Shown piece after piece: positions 10,859 through 21,502 of a stretch of 64,000 bases of DNA. This DNA is from Candidatus Latescibacterota bacterium (lineage in GTDB: Bacteria; Latescibacterota; CBDEFO01), in contig CBDEFO010000003.1 in the NCBI GenBank assembly GCA_965237525.1, forward strand, positions 288,001 through 352,000, in the 5' to 3' direction. How positions within the stretch are numbered: the stretch's first letter is position 1; each line of letters begins with the position of its first letter. The notes beneath the pieces were generated by a model. The model was not told where the DNA came from, did not search any database, and saw nothing but the letters and a program-made list of their open reading frames with translations. The position numbers were made by a program, and so were the translations under genes.

Positions 10859-11812
10859 ATGGATGATAAGAAAGAGACATCACAAAAGAGCGTTGCAAGT
10901 TCCGATCTGCCGTTGGTCTTTCTGATCGTTTTAAACTGGAACGGGAAAGAGGATCTGTTGCGGTGTCTGGGTTCTCTTTCAGGGGTCGAATACGGCAATT
11001 TCAAAACGCTGGTGGTTGACAACGCTTCAGAGGACGGCTCCGTCCAGGCAGTCAGGGAGAATTTCCCCGAAGTTAAGGTCATCCAGAACAGCCGGAACTT
11101 GATGTTCTCCGAAGGGAACAACGCCGGGATGGAGTATGCTTTAAGCCAAAGCTCCGATTACGTTCTCCTGCTGAATAATGACACTGTAGTCGATCCGCAG
11201 TTTCTAAGCGAAATGGTCTTGGTGGCTCAAAGCGATCCTCTTATCGGGATGGTAGGACCCAAAATATACTATTATGACAATCCCGAAAGGTTATGGTTCG
11301 CAGGTGGAAAGGTGGAATTATGGAGGGGAAGGATAAGCCATTTAGGAATAAGAGAGTTCGATTCTGGGCAGTACGATTCTACAAGGGATATAGATTATGT
11401 AACAGGCTGTGCGATTCTGGTCAAAAGAGAAGTCATAGCGAAAGTCGGTATGCTCGACGCTTCGTATTATATTTACTCGGAGGATGTGGACTGGTGCTGG
11501 AGAGCTAAAAACGCCAGATATAGATCGGTCCTAGCACCAAAGGCTAAAATCTGGCATAGGATTTCAGCCTCTACAGGGGGAGGATTGACGCCGTTCAAGA
11601 TATACTGGAGGATAAAAAGCAGCTTAAGATTCTACAGAAGATACGCAAGATGGCATCATTGGCTGACGATGCCTGTATTTGTTTCTTTTGCCACAGCCAA
11701 CTTCGTGTTAGGGCAGATATTTAAGGGTAATTTTGAGGTGGTGTCCTCACTGTTGAGAGGCTTTAAGGACTCGCTTACAGGGAGCAAAGTTCCGACTGGA
11801 ACAATACGATAA
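10859..11812 (+). CDS. Glycosyltransferase family 2
   Basis: IVLNWNG, VVDNASEDGS, LLLNNDT and YSEDVDWC motifs. Confidence 0.9.
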   Translation: MDDKKETSQKSVASSDLPLVFLIVLNWNGKEDLLRCLGSLSGVEYGNFKTLVVDNASEDGSVQAVRENFPEVKVIQNSRNLMFSEGNNAGMEYALSQSSDYVLLLNNDTVVDPQFLSEMVLVAQSDPLIGMVGPKIYYYDNPERLWFAGGKVELWRGRISHLGIREFDSGQYDSTRDIDYVTGCAILVKREVIAKVGMLDASYYIYSEDVDWCWRAKNARYRSVLAPKAKIWHRISASTGGGLTPFKIYWRIKSSLRFYRRYARWHHWLTMPVFVSFATANFVLGQIFKGNFEVVSSLLRGFKDSLTGSKVPTGTIR

Positions 11813-11830
11813 GCGGCCGAATATAAAAAG

Positions 11831-13171
11831 ATGCAACTGAGCAGGTATCTACACGAGGGCATCTGGGCGTTTCTGGATAAGTCCCTGCCCCTTATTTACG
11901 GCGTCTTTTTTATATTCCTTGTGATTCGGACACTGCCTGAGGAGGAATATGGACTCTTTGTTTTAACTTATAATGTCATATTTATCACACTGACGTTAAT
12001 TAGCAAGACTCTCATACTACAGCCGATGATAAAATATGTATCAGAAAAGGATGATACTAAAGCTGTAGTTACCCAAACGATATTTCTCAATTTTGCCACC
12101 TTAGCGATCTTTGTGCTTATCGTTATCCCGTCTTCGCCGATTCTAGCCAGGTTATTCCATTCATCTCGACTTGTTCCCCTTTTGAAGTTTGTGCCCTTCT
12201 TGTTAGCAGCCCACTTTATGAAGGACATAACCTTGGGACTGCTTACCGCCAAATATCGGATGAAAGAGGTATTTTGTCTTGACGCTGTCTATTTTTTTGG
12301 CTCTGCCCTTTTGATGCTGATTTATAATCTGATGGGCCGTATGGACAGGGCACAGGACGTGTTAACGATTACGTGTTTTGCGGCTCTGGCTGCCTCAATA
12401 ACAGGGACTTTCCTGTCGAGGGACCTGTTAAGGCTCAACTGGAAAATAGACTTCAACACTATAAGGACAATTCTCAACTTCGGCAAGTACACTTTGGGTT
12501 CAGGCGTCGGGAATATACTTTATACTCAGACAGACACCTTTATGATCGGCTACTTTTACGGTCCCATTCCGGTTGCCTCGTATAATGCCGCCAAGTTCTT
12601 TTTCAAGATATACAATGTCTTTTCACAGGCGATAAGCATGCTGGTTTTTCCCCTATCGTCGAGGTTGCACGCAGAGCACAGGATGGACGAGATCAAAGCG
12701 CTCTTTGAAAAGATGGTCTGTTTTTATTATATTATTCTGATCCCCTTTAATTTAGTGATGTTGGTACTTTCAAAAGAGATATTTGAAATTGCCTATGCAG
12801 GCAGATATTCTGACTCTGCTAAGATATTTATAGTTTTAGTTATCGGGACGTTCCTGATCCCTTTAGGAACGGTAGGTTCTAACATTATCCTTGGAGTCGA
12901 AAAGCCCAAGATTAGTTTTAGAATTACCTGGGTTACAATAGCCTCCAACGTGATTTTGAACCTTCTATTTATCCCGAAATATGGAGCATTAGGAGCTGCT
13001 GTTGCCACTATTTTCTCCATGGGGATCGGCGCTATACTAACCGCTGCGTTCGCAAAGAGGATAACAGGCGCAGCCTTTACAGGCGTCCTTCTAAGAGTCA
13101 AAGATGTGGCAAACTTCGGGAGGGAGATATTGGAGAATGTGCAAAAAAGCTTTTCTGAACAGAGATCTTAG
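11831..13171 (+). CDS. Oligosaccharide flippase (Wzx/MOP family)
   Basis: Many hydrophobic segments; TDTFMIGYF and NLLFIPKYGALGAAVAT motifs; located in a glycan cluster. Confidence 0.88.
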   Translation: MQLSRYLHEGIWAFLDKSLPLIYGVFFIFLVIRTLPEEEYGLFVLTYNVIFITLTLISKTLILQPMIKYVSEKDDTKAVVTQTIFLNFATLAIFVLIVIPSSPILARLFHSSRLVPLLKFVPFLLAAHFMKDITLGLLTAKYRMKEVFCLDAVYFFGSALLMLIYNLMGRMDRAQDVLTITCFAALAASITGTFLSRDLLRLNWKIDFNTIRTILNFGKYTLGSGVGNILYTQTDTFMIGYFYGPIPVASYNAAKFFFKIYNVFSQAISMLVFPLSSRLHAEHRMDEIKALFEKMVCFYYIILIPFNLVMLVLSKEIFEIAYAGRYSDSAKIFIVLVIGTFLIPLGTVGSNIILGVEKPKISFRITWVTIASNVILNLLFIPKYGALGAAVATIFSMGIGAILTAAFAKRITGAAFTGVLLRVKDVANFGREILENVQKSFSEQRS

Positions 13172-13198
13172 GCATTTTGCCTGACAAGGGGTCACCAA

Positions 13199-14389
13199 AT
13201 GAAAGTTCTGGTAATATCCGATATTTGGGAACAAAGTCCCGTGTATGAACAGACTAAAGAGCTATCAGAGCGTACGAGCAACATCGAGGTGATAGTTCCC
13301 GTCAGGGTAATACCGCCGTTAAAAAGATATAAAGATGTGCAGGATAGGAATCTATCGAAATTAAGCGATGGCGAGGAGATGATCAGGGAGATAAAGATTA
13401 AATATCTTAAGTACTATTCTGTTCCAGAGCTGCATAAATACGTAGGCGCCTTTTCACTGCTGGCATCGCTCCTTGTATATCTGGCCCCTCGAAGGTGGCG
13501 GGACTTTGATATTATCCACGCGCATTTCGCATATACGGTAGGTCCAGCCGGTCTGCTTTTAGGAAAATTGCTCAAGAAGAAGGTAATAATAAACGTCCAC
13601 GGAAGCGACATTATCTATTACACACGAAAACATCTTAAGTATTTCTTCACCCGAATCATGGCAATTTACGTGCTTAAAAGCTGCGATAGAGTATTTTGTC
13701 ACAGCGACGCTATGAGAATTAGGGTACAGAAGTTAGGGATAGATCTGGATAAAATCTCGCTGATCTGCTTTGGAGTTCGCGCCGACACTTTTAAACCGAT
13801 GGATAAAGATAGGATAAGAGAAAAATTGGGATTGCCTTCACACAGAAAAATCGTCTTATTTGTCGGTAATCTTGTGCAGAGAAAAGGAGTGAACTATTTA
13901 ATAGATTCTACACTTACGATACTGAGCGAAATAGAGGATCTTTTGGTAGTGTTGGTGGGCGATGGCCCATTGATGGTAGAGCTTAAAAACAGAGCCAAAA
14001 GCTTAGGAGTAGAAAAGACCGTCAAATTTGTCGGTGCAAAACCCCATTGGGAAATTCCGCGGTGGATGAACGCCTGCGACCTTTTCGTGTTGCCCAGTCT
14101 CGATGAGGCCTTTGGATTAGTTTCGCTCGAAGCTTTTGCATGTGGAAAACCTGTCGTCGCGTCCAGGGTCGATGGAATTCCGGAGATTGTGAAAAGTTCA
14201 GACTACGGAATACTGGTAAAGTCCAAGAATTCAGAAGAGCTTGCCGGAGGGATCATAAGAGGCTTGAAGAAGAGATGGGATACTGGAAAAATGATAGAGT
14301 ATGCGCAAAGCTACTCCTGGGAAGACAGTGCGGTTCAGCTCCTTGGAGAATATGAAAAACTGTGGAAAAAGAAAAGGGAACAAAATTGA
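13199..14389 (+). CDS. Glycosyltransferase family 4
   Basis: IIHAHF, HGSD, LFVGNLVQRKG and PSLDEAFGLVSLEAFACG motifs. Confidence 0.9.
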   Translation: MKVLVISDIWEQSPVYEQTKELSERTSNIEVIVPVRVIPPLKRYKDVQDRNLSKLSDGEEMIREIKIKYLKYYSVPELHKYVGAFSLLASLLVYLAPRRWRDFDIIHAHFAYTVGPAGLLLGKLLKKKVIINVHGSDIIYYTRKHLKYFFTRIMAIYVLKSCDRVFCHSDAMRIRVQKLGIDLDKISLICFGVRADTFKPMDKDRIREKLGLPSHRKIVLFVGNLVQRKGVNYLIDSTLTILSEIEDLLVVLVGDGPLMVELKNRAKSLGVEKTVKFVGAKPHWEIPRWMNACDLFVLPSLDEAFGLVSLEAFACGKPVVASRVDGIPEIVKSSDYGILVKSKNSEELAGGIIRGLKKRWDTGKMIEYAQSYSWEDSAVQLLGEYEKLWKKKREQN

Positions 14390-15477
14390 GGATCATCTTA
14401 TCAGCAGGGGTTCGACCTAATTTTATGAAGGTTGCACCGCTTATAGACGAGATTAGGAAGTTTCCGGAGAATCTTCAGGCTTCTCTGATTCACACGGGAC
14501 AGCACTACGATGATCCAATGTCCAAGGTGTTCTTCTGCGATCTGAAACTTCCCAAGCCAGATAGATATTTGAACGTGGGATCGGGAAGTCACTCGGTCCA
14601 GACAGCCGGGGTGATGGTGGCATTTGAGCAGGTACTTTTAGAGGAAAGGCCAGATCTGGCAATAGTGGTGGGAGATGTGAACTCGACTTTAGGGTGCGCT
14701 CTTAGCGCCGCAAAACTGGGCATTAAGCTGGCGCACGTTGAAGCAGGACTGCGCAGTTGGGACCGCACGATGCCTGAGGAGATTAATCGGATTGTGACCG
14801 ACTCAATTTCGGATCTACTGTTCACACCTTCGGAGAATGCAGACGAGAACCTACTCCATGAGGGGATACCCCAAGAGAGGATATTTTTCGTGGGGAATAT
14901 AATGGTCGATTCTCTGCTTAGATCTAAGCGGACAGCACTAAAATCCAGCATCTTGGAAGAGATAGGTTTAGCAGAACGCAACTACTGTCTGTTGACGCTG
15001 CACCGTCCATCCAACGTCGATGCAAAGGGGGTCCTATCTGGAATCATCAGTGCAATAGAAAAGATTCAGGAGCAGATTAGGGTTGTCTTTCCTGTCCATC
15101 CGAGGACGCAAAAGATGCTCCAGGATTTTGAACTGCTCAGAGTTTTGGAGGAGATGGATAATTTAACTTTGATAGAGCCTCTGGGTTATCTGGATTTTTT
15201 GAAGCTTGAGATGTGCGCAAAGGTGGTATTGACCGATTCCGGTGGGATACAAGAGGAGACGACAGTTTTAGGGGTGCCGTGTCTAACTTTGAGGGAGAAT
15301 ACGGAATGGCCTACGACTGTCGAGATCGGAACAAATCTTGTCGTGGGAAACCGACCAGATGATATTGTAGGTGCAACATATGAAATCTTGCAGCACAGAA
15401 GTAATAAGCGGAGCATTCCAAAATTTTGGGACGGTCGAACGTCAGAGCGGATCGTCAGGATATTGAAAGATATTTAA
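14386..15477 (+). CDS. wecB: UDP-N-acetylglucosamine 2-epimerase (non-hydrolysing)
   Basis: GVRPNFMK, HTGQHYD, HVEAGLRS, PEEINR and TDSGGIQEE motifs. TTG start overlaps the upstream TGA. Confidence 0.93.
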   Translation: MRIILSAGVRPNFMKVAPLIDEIRKFPENLQASLIHTGQHYDDPMSKVFFCDLKLPKPDRYLNVGSGSHSVQTAGVMVAFEQVLLEERPDLAIVVGDVNSTLGCALSAAKLGIKLAHVEAGLRSWDRTMPEEINRIVTDSISDLLFTPSENADENLLHEGIPQERIFFVGNIMVDSLLRSKRTALKSSILEEIGLAERNYCLLTLHRPSNVDAKGVLSGIISAIEKIQEQIRVVFPVHPRTQKMLQDFELLRVLEEMDNLTLIEPLGYLDFLKLEMCAKVVLTDSGGIQEETTVLGVPCLTLRENTEWPTTVEIGTNLVVGNRPDDIVGATYEILQHRSNKRSIPKFWDGRTSERIVRILKDI

Positions 15478-15535
15478 GCCTGATATAAGTGCGCCGTTGC
15501 CCAATCCATAAGATCGATACCCTCAGCATTAACAG

Positions 15536-16698
15536 GTGACAAGACAGATGTTAAAACTTGTGGTCTTTTCGGAGATCAAGTGGAGTTATCTGAAGACTCG
15601 CAAGCAACAGATCATAAGTAGGTTTCCAAAAGATTGGCACATACTTTTCATCGAGCCTTTCGTCCTCGGCAGACACAATCAGTTTTTGCCAAAAAAAACC
15701 CAAAACGTTATACACGCAACAGTCCCGTTTTTCAAAATCGTTCCGGAGGGGGTTGTACGAAGAACATTAGATGAGAGGATCGCCAGAGGTATCATCAGTA
15801 CTTTAGTGTTTTTATGGGTAAAGGTGATCTTCTTATTAACCGGCTTTACCGGAAAAAAGAGGGTCTTTTTTGTATCTAATATATACTATTCTTATGTTGT
15901 TCAAAGGCTCCCCAAAGCTCTCGTTCTATACGACTGCAATGACAATTCGCTGGCATTTTCCGGCACTCCCGAATGGGCTGAAGGTTATTTTCATAAACTT
16001 TGCCAGGTCTCTGACGTAATAATTTGCTGCAGCTCTGGGCTTGCCGAAAAGATAGATCCTCACCAAAGACAGAAGACGGTTTTGATCGGCAACGGAGTCG
16101 ATTTTGACCTCTTTGAAAGAGAGGTCGCACACGACGAAGCGGCCTCTGAACTTAACTGCATTCCCCGGCCGATTATCGCTTATGTTGGAGCTATCTCGGA
16201 ATGGATGGATTTCCGGCTATTGGCTAAGATCGCATCTGCGTATCCGTATGCGTCGATGGTATTGATAGGTCCGGTGACTCCCAGGGTATCCGATAAAGCT
16301 CAAAAGTTGAAGGAATACCCCAATATTTTTCTTTTAGGCGCAAAAGTGCACGATGTTCTACCATCCTATTTGAAAAGGGCTAAGGTCTGTATTATCCCAT
16401 TTGTAAAAAATGAGCTTACCGCCTCAGTAAATCCGGATAAGCTATACGAGTACTTAGCGGCAGGAAAGCCTGTAGTGACGTTGGATTTTTCCCCTGACAG
16501 TGTGTCAATACAGTGAGATCATTTATGTAGCTTGTGACCACGAAGATTTTACCAAAAAGGTGGGTATAGCTCTAAGCGAGGAGCACGATGTGGAGAAGTT
16601 GAAGGCTGTAGCGCGGGCAAACGATTGGAAGCCAAAAGACAAAACAGATGGTGGATATTATCAAAGAGCGTCTTGTTGATAAGAAAGATCGCTCGTAG
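15536..16698 (+). pseudogene. GT4-like glycosyltransferase with frameshifted C-terminus
   Basis: ORF 15536-16516 stops just after PDKLYEYLAAGKPVV. The expected tail (IIYVACDHEDFTKKVGIAL...ARANDW, then KTKQMVDIIKERL*) continues in two other frames to ~16698. Confidence 0.7.
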
Positions 16699-16966
16699 GC
16701 AATACTCTGCTCCCCATCCGCAAAGAGAGTTTCACTAGGAACTTGTCTCCTTGTGTCTCATCCTGTTCAACTGTACGATCAAAAAAGCGTTGAACACAGT
16801 TGACAGCTTCCCTGAAAGAATATTACACAAAACGATTTGTGTGGTGATTGCTAAAGAGTTTTAGATTCAAAGTGGTGCCTTTCGTCTTGGCCTTTAATAC
16901 CAATCGTGTTTAGTTCTCAACTCGAGTTAAGATATAAAGTTTGCAACCACTTAATATTCAAGTGAA

Positions 16967-17722
16967 ATGACACGAATCGACAAGAAATTGTTTGTAAATT
17001 ATCCTCGTCTTGGACTCTCTACGAATTTTGGTGAGAGAATTATACAGAAGAGGATTCAATTAGTTAAACGAATTGATAGTTTTCGTAATTCTGATTTAAC
17101 TCTCGTTGATGTGGGCTGTGGAACTGGAACATCTGTACTTTCATTAGCAAATGATTTCAAATATTGCATAGGAATTGATGTTCAAGATTATGAGGATAGT
17201 TTTGCCAGAATCAAAACAGAGAAAAAAATTAGTAATTGTGAGTTTAAATTGATGGATATAGAAAAAGACAAAATAGAAGAGTCTTTTGACAGGATTATTT
17301 GTTTTGAGGTGATTGAGCATTTAAAAAATGAAAAAAGTGTAAAATACCTCTATGACTTATTAAAATCAGGGGGGAAGGCGGCTATTTCTGTACCAAATAA
17401 ATGGTGGATCTTTGAAACTCATGGAGCAAAATTGCCATTTCTTCGCTGGAACAGAGCACCCTTCTTTTCATGGCTACCCACCCCTATTCATGAAAAGTTT
17501 GCCTATGCCAGAATTTACACGAAAAAGCGGATTAGCAAACTTCTGAGGTCAGTAGGGTTTGAAATAGCCAACGTCGACTATATTACCGCGCCTTTAGATG
17601 TATTAAAGAATAGGCGCTTGAAATCTTTATTGTTAAAATATATTTTTAGAAATAATACGACTAAGATTCCATTTTTGTCAACTTCCATATTTATCCATGC
17701 AGAAAAACCAATGAAAAGTTAG
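16967..17722 (+). CDS. Class I SAM-dependent methyltransferase, AT-rich
   Basis: VDVGCGTG, CFEVIEHL and ISVPN motifs; visibly more AT-rich than its neighbours. Confidence 0.88.
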   Translation: MTRIDKKLFVNYPRLGLSTNFGERIIQKRIQLVKRIDSFRNSDLTLVDVGCGTGTSVLSLANDFKYCIGIDVQDYEDSFARIKTEKKISNCEFKLMDIEKDKIEESFDRIICFEVIEHLKNEKSVKYLYDLLKSGGKAAISVPNKWWIFETHGAKLPFLRWNRAPFFSWLPTPIHEKFAYARIYTKKRISKLLRSVGFEIANVDYITAPLDVLKNRRLKSLLLKYIFRNNTTKIPFLSTSIFIHAEKPMKS

Positions 17723-17747
17723 TTTTGGCATCATACCGATTGAATGG

Positions 17748-17918
17748 ATGGGATTTGAGTTCTGCCCTGAAGTTACCACCAAAGTGTTAAAAAAGGGATA
17801 TAAAATCTACGGAGTACCGATTTCATACGGTCCGAGAGGAAAAGAAAAGGGCAAGAAGCTACGCTGGAACGTCGGCTTAAAGGCTATTTGTACTCTGATA
17901 AAATATCGTTTTCTGTAA
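17748..17918 (+). pseudogene. C-terminal remnant of a DPM1-like GT2 gene
   Basis: Translates to MGFEFCPEVTTKVLKKGYKIYGVPISYGPRGKEKGKKLRWNVGLKAICTLIKYRFL*, matching the GFEFxPExT...VPISYxxR...GKK tail of polyprenol-phosphate GT2 enzymes. The N-terminal part is missing. Confidence 0.75.
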
Positions 17919-18002
17919 GGTTTTTATCAGGAGGAGGTTGTCATTAATTCCAAAAGACAAAAAAGGGCCCAAAAAAGGAAACCGAGCGCAGGGGAGCCCA
18001 AA

Positions 18003-20480
18003 ATGTCAGCCTTCGTATTCTCCGAAAGAGGAAAAGAACTGATAGCGTGCTGTTTAATATTCGTATTAGTCCTGGTATTGTTTCGCGAAGTGATCTTTCA
18101 GAACAAGAGCTTTGTCGTTCCGGACAGCAAGTCTCCCGCCGCTTTGACGGCACCTATGAGCGAGTTATTGAACAACGATGGTATCTATCCGCTCTGGCAT
18201 CCTTATATCTTCAGCGGTATGCCCTCCTTTGCAAGTCTGATATATAACCCCTATGTCTATGTACTCGGCGCCCTTATGTCTATATTCAATTTTGTTCTGC
18301 CTCCGCTGAGCTGGCTTTGGATACACTATTTTCTGGCTGGATTTTTTACATTTATCTTGATGAGGTCGAAGAAGATAAGCATTTCGGGAGCTCTCCTTTC
18401 GGCAGTGACCTTTATGTTCACACCTTTTTTAGTTGCTATGGGGACGTTCGGGCACGGGAGCCAGATGATGACGGCTGCATATATACCCTTGGCTTTTTGG
18501 GCAGTCGACAGGCTCCTCGAAAAGAGGAGCATCCTTTACATCGCCCTGACGGCGTTAGCGCTCGGCCTTCAACTGCAAAGAGGTCACGTCCAGATTGCGT
18601 ACTACACCTGGATGATGGTCGGCCTCTACTTTGTCTATTTTTCGTACTTGAGGCTTCGATCCGGAGCATCGGCTACGGACGTCTTGAAAACTGGCGGACT
18701 TTTAGCCATAGCCCTGGTATGGGCGTTTGCCTTAGCCTCTGTCCTCTACCTGCCCGTTTACAACTATACTCCCTATTCCATACGGGGCGGCGGTTCGGAA
18801 GGTGGAGTAGGATTCGAATATGCCACTGGTTGGTCGTTTCATCCTAAGGAGATGCTGACCTACTTGGTGCCCTCTTTCTTCGGCTTCGGCGGCAGCACCT
18901 ACTGGGGAAAGATGCCCTTCACCGATTTCCCCAACTATATGGGCCTAATCCCGCTTTTTCTTGCAATCTTAGCGCTGATCTGGAGGAGAAACAAGACTAC
19001 TGTCTTTTTCGGAATCCTAATATTCGTCTCACTTTTGGCATCCTTCGGCAGACATTTTCTCTTCTACCAGTTCCTCTACGACTTTCTGCCCTTCTTCAAA
19101 AAGTTCCGCGTGCCCGTCATGATCCTTATACTGGTTCAATTTTCCGTCGCCGCGATGGCGGGCTATGGGCTGGACAATCTGATTAGATTTTCCCGGGAAA
19201 AGATGGAAAAAACTACAAGCGAAAAGATTAAGAGGCTCACAAAGCGCCTCGCCATCGCCATCGGAATCCTGATAGCCGCAGGCTTGATCCTGAGCCTTGG
19301 AAAGAAGTCGTTTTTCGGGACAATGTCAGAGATATATCCCCAAAGTGCCAGATACACCACTTTGGAACTTAATCAGATGAGATTCGACATGTTCTATAAG
19401 GATACCTGGAAGATGATATTTCTCTTTGCTATCGGGGGTGGCATAACTATCGGACTTTTAAAAAGATATGTAAGACCTCATCTTTTCGGAATATCTCTCC
19501 TTTTTCTGACTGCAGCAGACCTGTGGCTGGTAGATTTCAAGCTTGTTCGTCCCTCCGGGCGGGGAGAGATGAACCGGTATTTAGCTCAGGATGAGACGAT
19601 AGAGTTCATAAAAAGGGATGAGGACATCTTTCGAATATTCCCTGTAGGCAGGCTCTTTTCGGATAACAAATGGGCCGCACATCGCATCTTTTCTATCGGG
19701 GGATACCACGCGGCCAAGTTGAAGATATACCAGGAATTCTTGAGCAAGCAAGGCATCCCCAAAGAATTCCTTTCGAAGTACCTGAAGCCCTCTCGTGCCA
19801 CCAAGCAGGGCTACGTCCTGAAGGATATAGACGAAGTTTCACTCAAAGATCGCCGCGCCCACTCTGCGGCTCTGGACATGCTGAATGTCAAATACGTCGT
19901 CTCTCCTTATCCTATCCCCGATCCACAGTACAAGTTAGTGGCACAGAAGAAGGGCTATATAGACGGACATGAAACTTCACTGAACATCTATCAAAAGCAG
20001 AGTGTGCTCCCGAGAACCTTTCTTGTCGGGAAAGTTAAGGTCGTCCCAGACGAAAACAAAATCCTGGATGAGATGAGATCCGGGGCGTTCGACCCGCACG
20101 AGTATGCCCTTTTGGAGGAAGTTCCCGAGTTTGAACCTGAAAGTGTCGAAAGCAGCTTCGCAAGGATAACCGATTATGGAATTCATAACATAAAGCTTCA
20201 GGCTTCCAACCTCAAGCCCTGTCTTTTGGTTTTGAGTGAGATATATTATCCTGAAGGTTGGAAAGCCTATCTTAATGGGGAAGAGGTAAAAATATACAAG
20301 ACTAACTACCTGCTCAGGTCTATCCTCCTTCCTCCCGGCGATCACAGGATTGAGTTTGTCTTCGATCCCTGGGATTTTAAGCTGGGGCTTTGGATCAGCG
20401 TTGGGGCATGGGCATTGCTGATAGGCTTACTTTCTCTGAAAGGGGTACGATATTATCGTGCAGAAAGAGGACAAAAGTAG
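18003..20480 (+). CDS. YfhO-family multi-pass membrane protein (GT-C-like)
   Basis: PLWHPYIFSGMP N-motif, many TM segments, and a C-terminal LSEIYYPEGWKAYLNG...PPGDHRIEF YfhO-type domain. Confidence 0.8.
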   Translation: MSAFVFSERGKELIACCLIFVLVLVLFREVIFQNKSFVVPDSKSPAALTAPMSELLNNDGIYPLWHPYIFSGMPSFASLIYNPYVYVLGALMSIFNFVLPPLSWLWIHYFLAGFFTFILMRSKKISISGALLSAVTFMFTPFLVAMGTFGHGSQMMTAAYIPLAFWAVDRLLEKRSILYIALTALALGLQLQRGHVQIAYYTWMMVGLYFVYFSYLRLRSGASATDVLKTGGLLAIALVWAFALASVLYLPVYNYTPYSIRGGGSEGGVGFEYATGWSFHPKEMLTYLVPSFFGFGGSTYWGKMPFTDFPNYMGLIPLFLAILALIWRRNKTTVFFGILIFVSLLASFGRHFLFYQFLYDFLPFFKKFRVPVMILILVQFSVAAMAGYGLDNLIRFSREKMEKTTSEKIKRLTKRLAIAIGILIAAGLILSLGKKSFFGTMSEIYPQSARYTTLELNQMRFDMFYKDTWKMIFLFAIGGGITIGLLKRYVRPHLFGISLLFLTAADLWLVDFKLVRPSGRGEMNRYLAQDETIEFIKRDEDIFRIFPVGRLFSDNKWAAHRIFSIGGYHAAKLKIYQEFLSKQGIPKEFLSKYLKPSRATKQGYVLKDIDEVSLKDRRAHSAALDMLNVKYVVSPYPIPDPQYKLVAQKKGYIDGHETSLNIYQKQSVLPRTFLVGKVKVVPDENKILDEMRSGAFDPHEYALLEEVPEFEPESVESSFARITDYGIHNIKLQASNLKPCLLVLSEIYYPEGWKAYLNGEEVKIYKTNYLLRSILLPPGDHRIEFVFDPWDFKLGLWISVGAWALLIGLLSLKGVRYYRAERGQK

Positions 20481-21426
20481 AGCTGAAGACGCGAAAAGAA
20501 AGAGCTTTTTTTCGATTGTGATCCCGCTCTTGAACGAGAGACAAAGTCTCAAAGAGCTCTTTTTAAGGATCAAGAGCGTAATGGGGGAGGTGGAGAAAGG
20601 ATACGAGGTGATCTTTATAGACGACGGGAGCACGGACGGCTCCTTTGAGATCTTAGAGGAATTGAAAAAGGATAACAAAGAGGTGGTAGCGATTCAGTTC
20701 AGAAGGAACTGCGGGAAAGCTGCCGCTCTATCTGTGGGATTTAAACAGGCACGGGGCGAGGTCATCGTAACGATGGACGCCGATCTTCAGGACGCCCCTG
20801 AGGAGATACCCAATGTCATACAGAAGATAAACGAGGGTTATGATATCGTCTCCGGATGGAAGAAAGAGAGGAAGGACCCTATAGGGAAGCGGCTCTCCTC
20901 CAAGGTCTTCAACTTCGTCACTTCGCTTGTCACAGGTGTGCATCTCCACGACATCAACTGTGGGCTTAAGGCCTACAGATGGGAAGTGGCAAAGGACATC
21001 ACTCTTTACGGAGAACTCCACAGGTACGTCCCTGTCCTCGCCTACTGGAAGGGGTACAAAGTAGGAGAACTCGCCGTGGTGCATCACCCCCGAAAGTTCG
21101 GAAAGAGCAAATACGGAGTAAAGAGGTTTCTAAGCGGTTTCTTTGATCTTTTGACGGTTATGATGATAACCAGATACCTTACAAAGCCCCTGCACCTCTT
21201 CGGCACAGTTGGAGTCATTCTCACACTGGCAGGAACGGCCATAAACTCATATCTTACGTACCACAAACTCACAACCGGTTCACTCGGTGGACGTTATCCA
21301 CTTTTGATGTTGGGAATCCTTTTGATGATAGTAGGCATACAATTTGTCTCAACTGGACTCCTTGCTGAGATAGTGACGACCTCGATGGGAAAAGAGAAAT
21401 ACCCCATCAGAAAGATATTGGAGTAG
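20458..21426 (+). CDS. Polyprenol-phosphate glycosyltransferase, GT2 (ArnC/DPM1-like)
   Basis: IDDGSTDGS, FRRNCGKAAAL, MDADLQD, HHPRKFGKSKYG and two C-terminal TM helices. Confidence 0.9.
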   Translation: MQKEDKSRAEDAKRKSFFSIVIPLLNERQSLKELFLRIKSVMGEVEKGYEVIFIDDGSTDGSFEILEELKKDNKEVVAIQFRRNCGKAAALSVGFKQARGEVIVTMDADLQDAPEEIPNVIQKINEGYDIVSGWKKERKDPIGKRLSSKVFNFVTSLVTGVHLHDINCGLKAYRWEVAKDITLYGELHRYVPVLAYWKGYKVGELAVVHHPRKFGKSKYGVKRFLSGFFDLLTVMMITRYLTKPLHLFGTVGVILTLAGTAINSYLTYHKLTTGSLGGRYPLLMLGILLMIVGIQFVSTGLLAEIVTTSMGKEKYPIRKILE

Positions 21427-21502
21427 GACATTAGGCGTAAAGACGTATGTAAAGTTAAAGTTGCCGAAGAATCTTACTTCCAGACTCCCCATCTGTGTCC
21501 TG

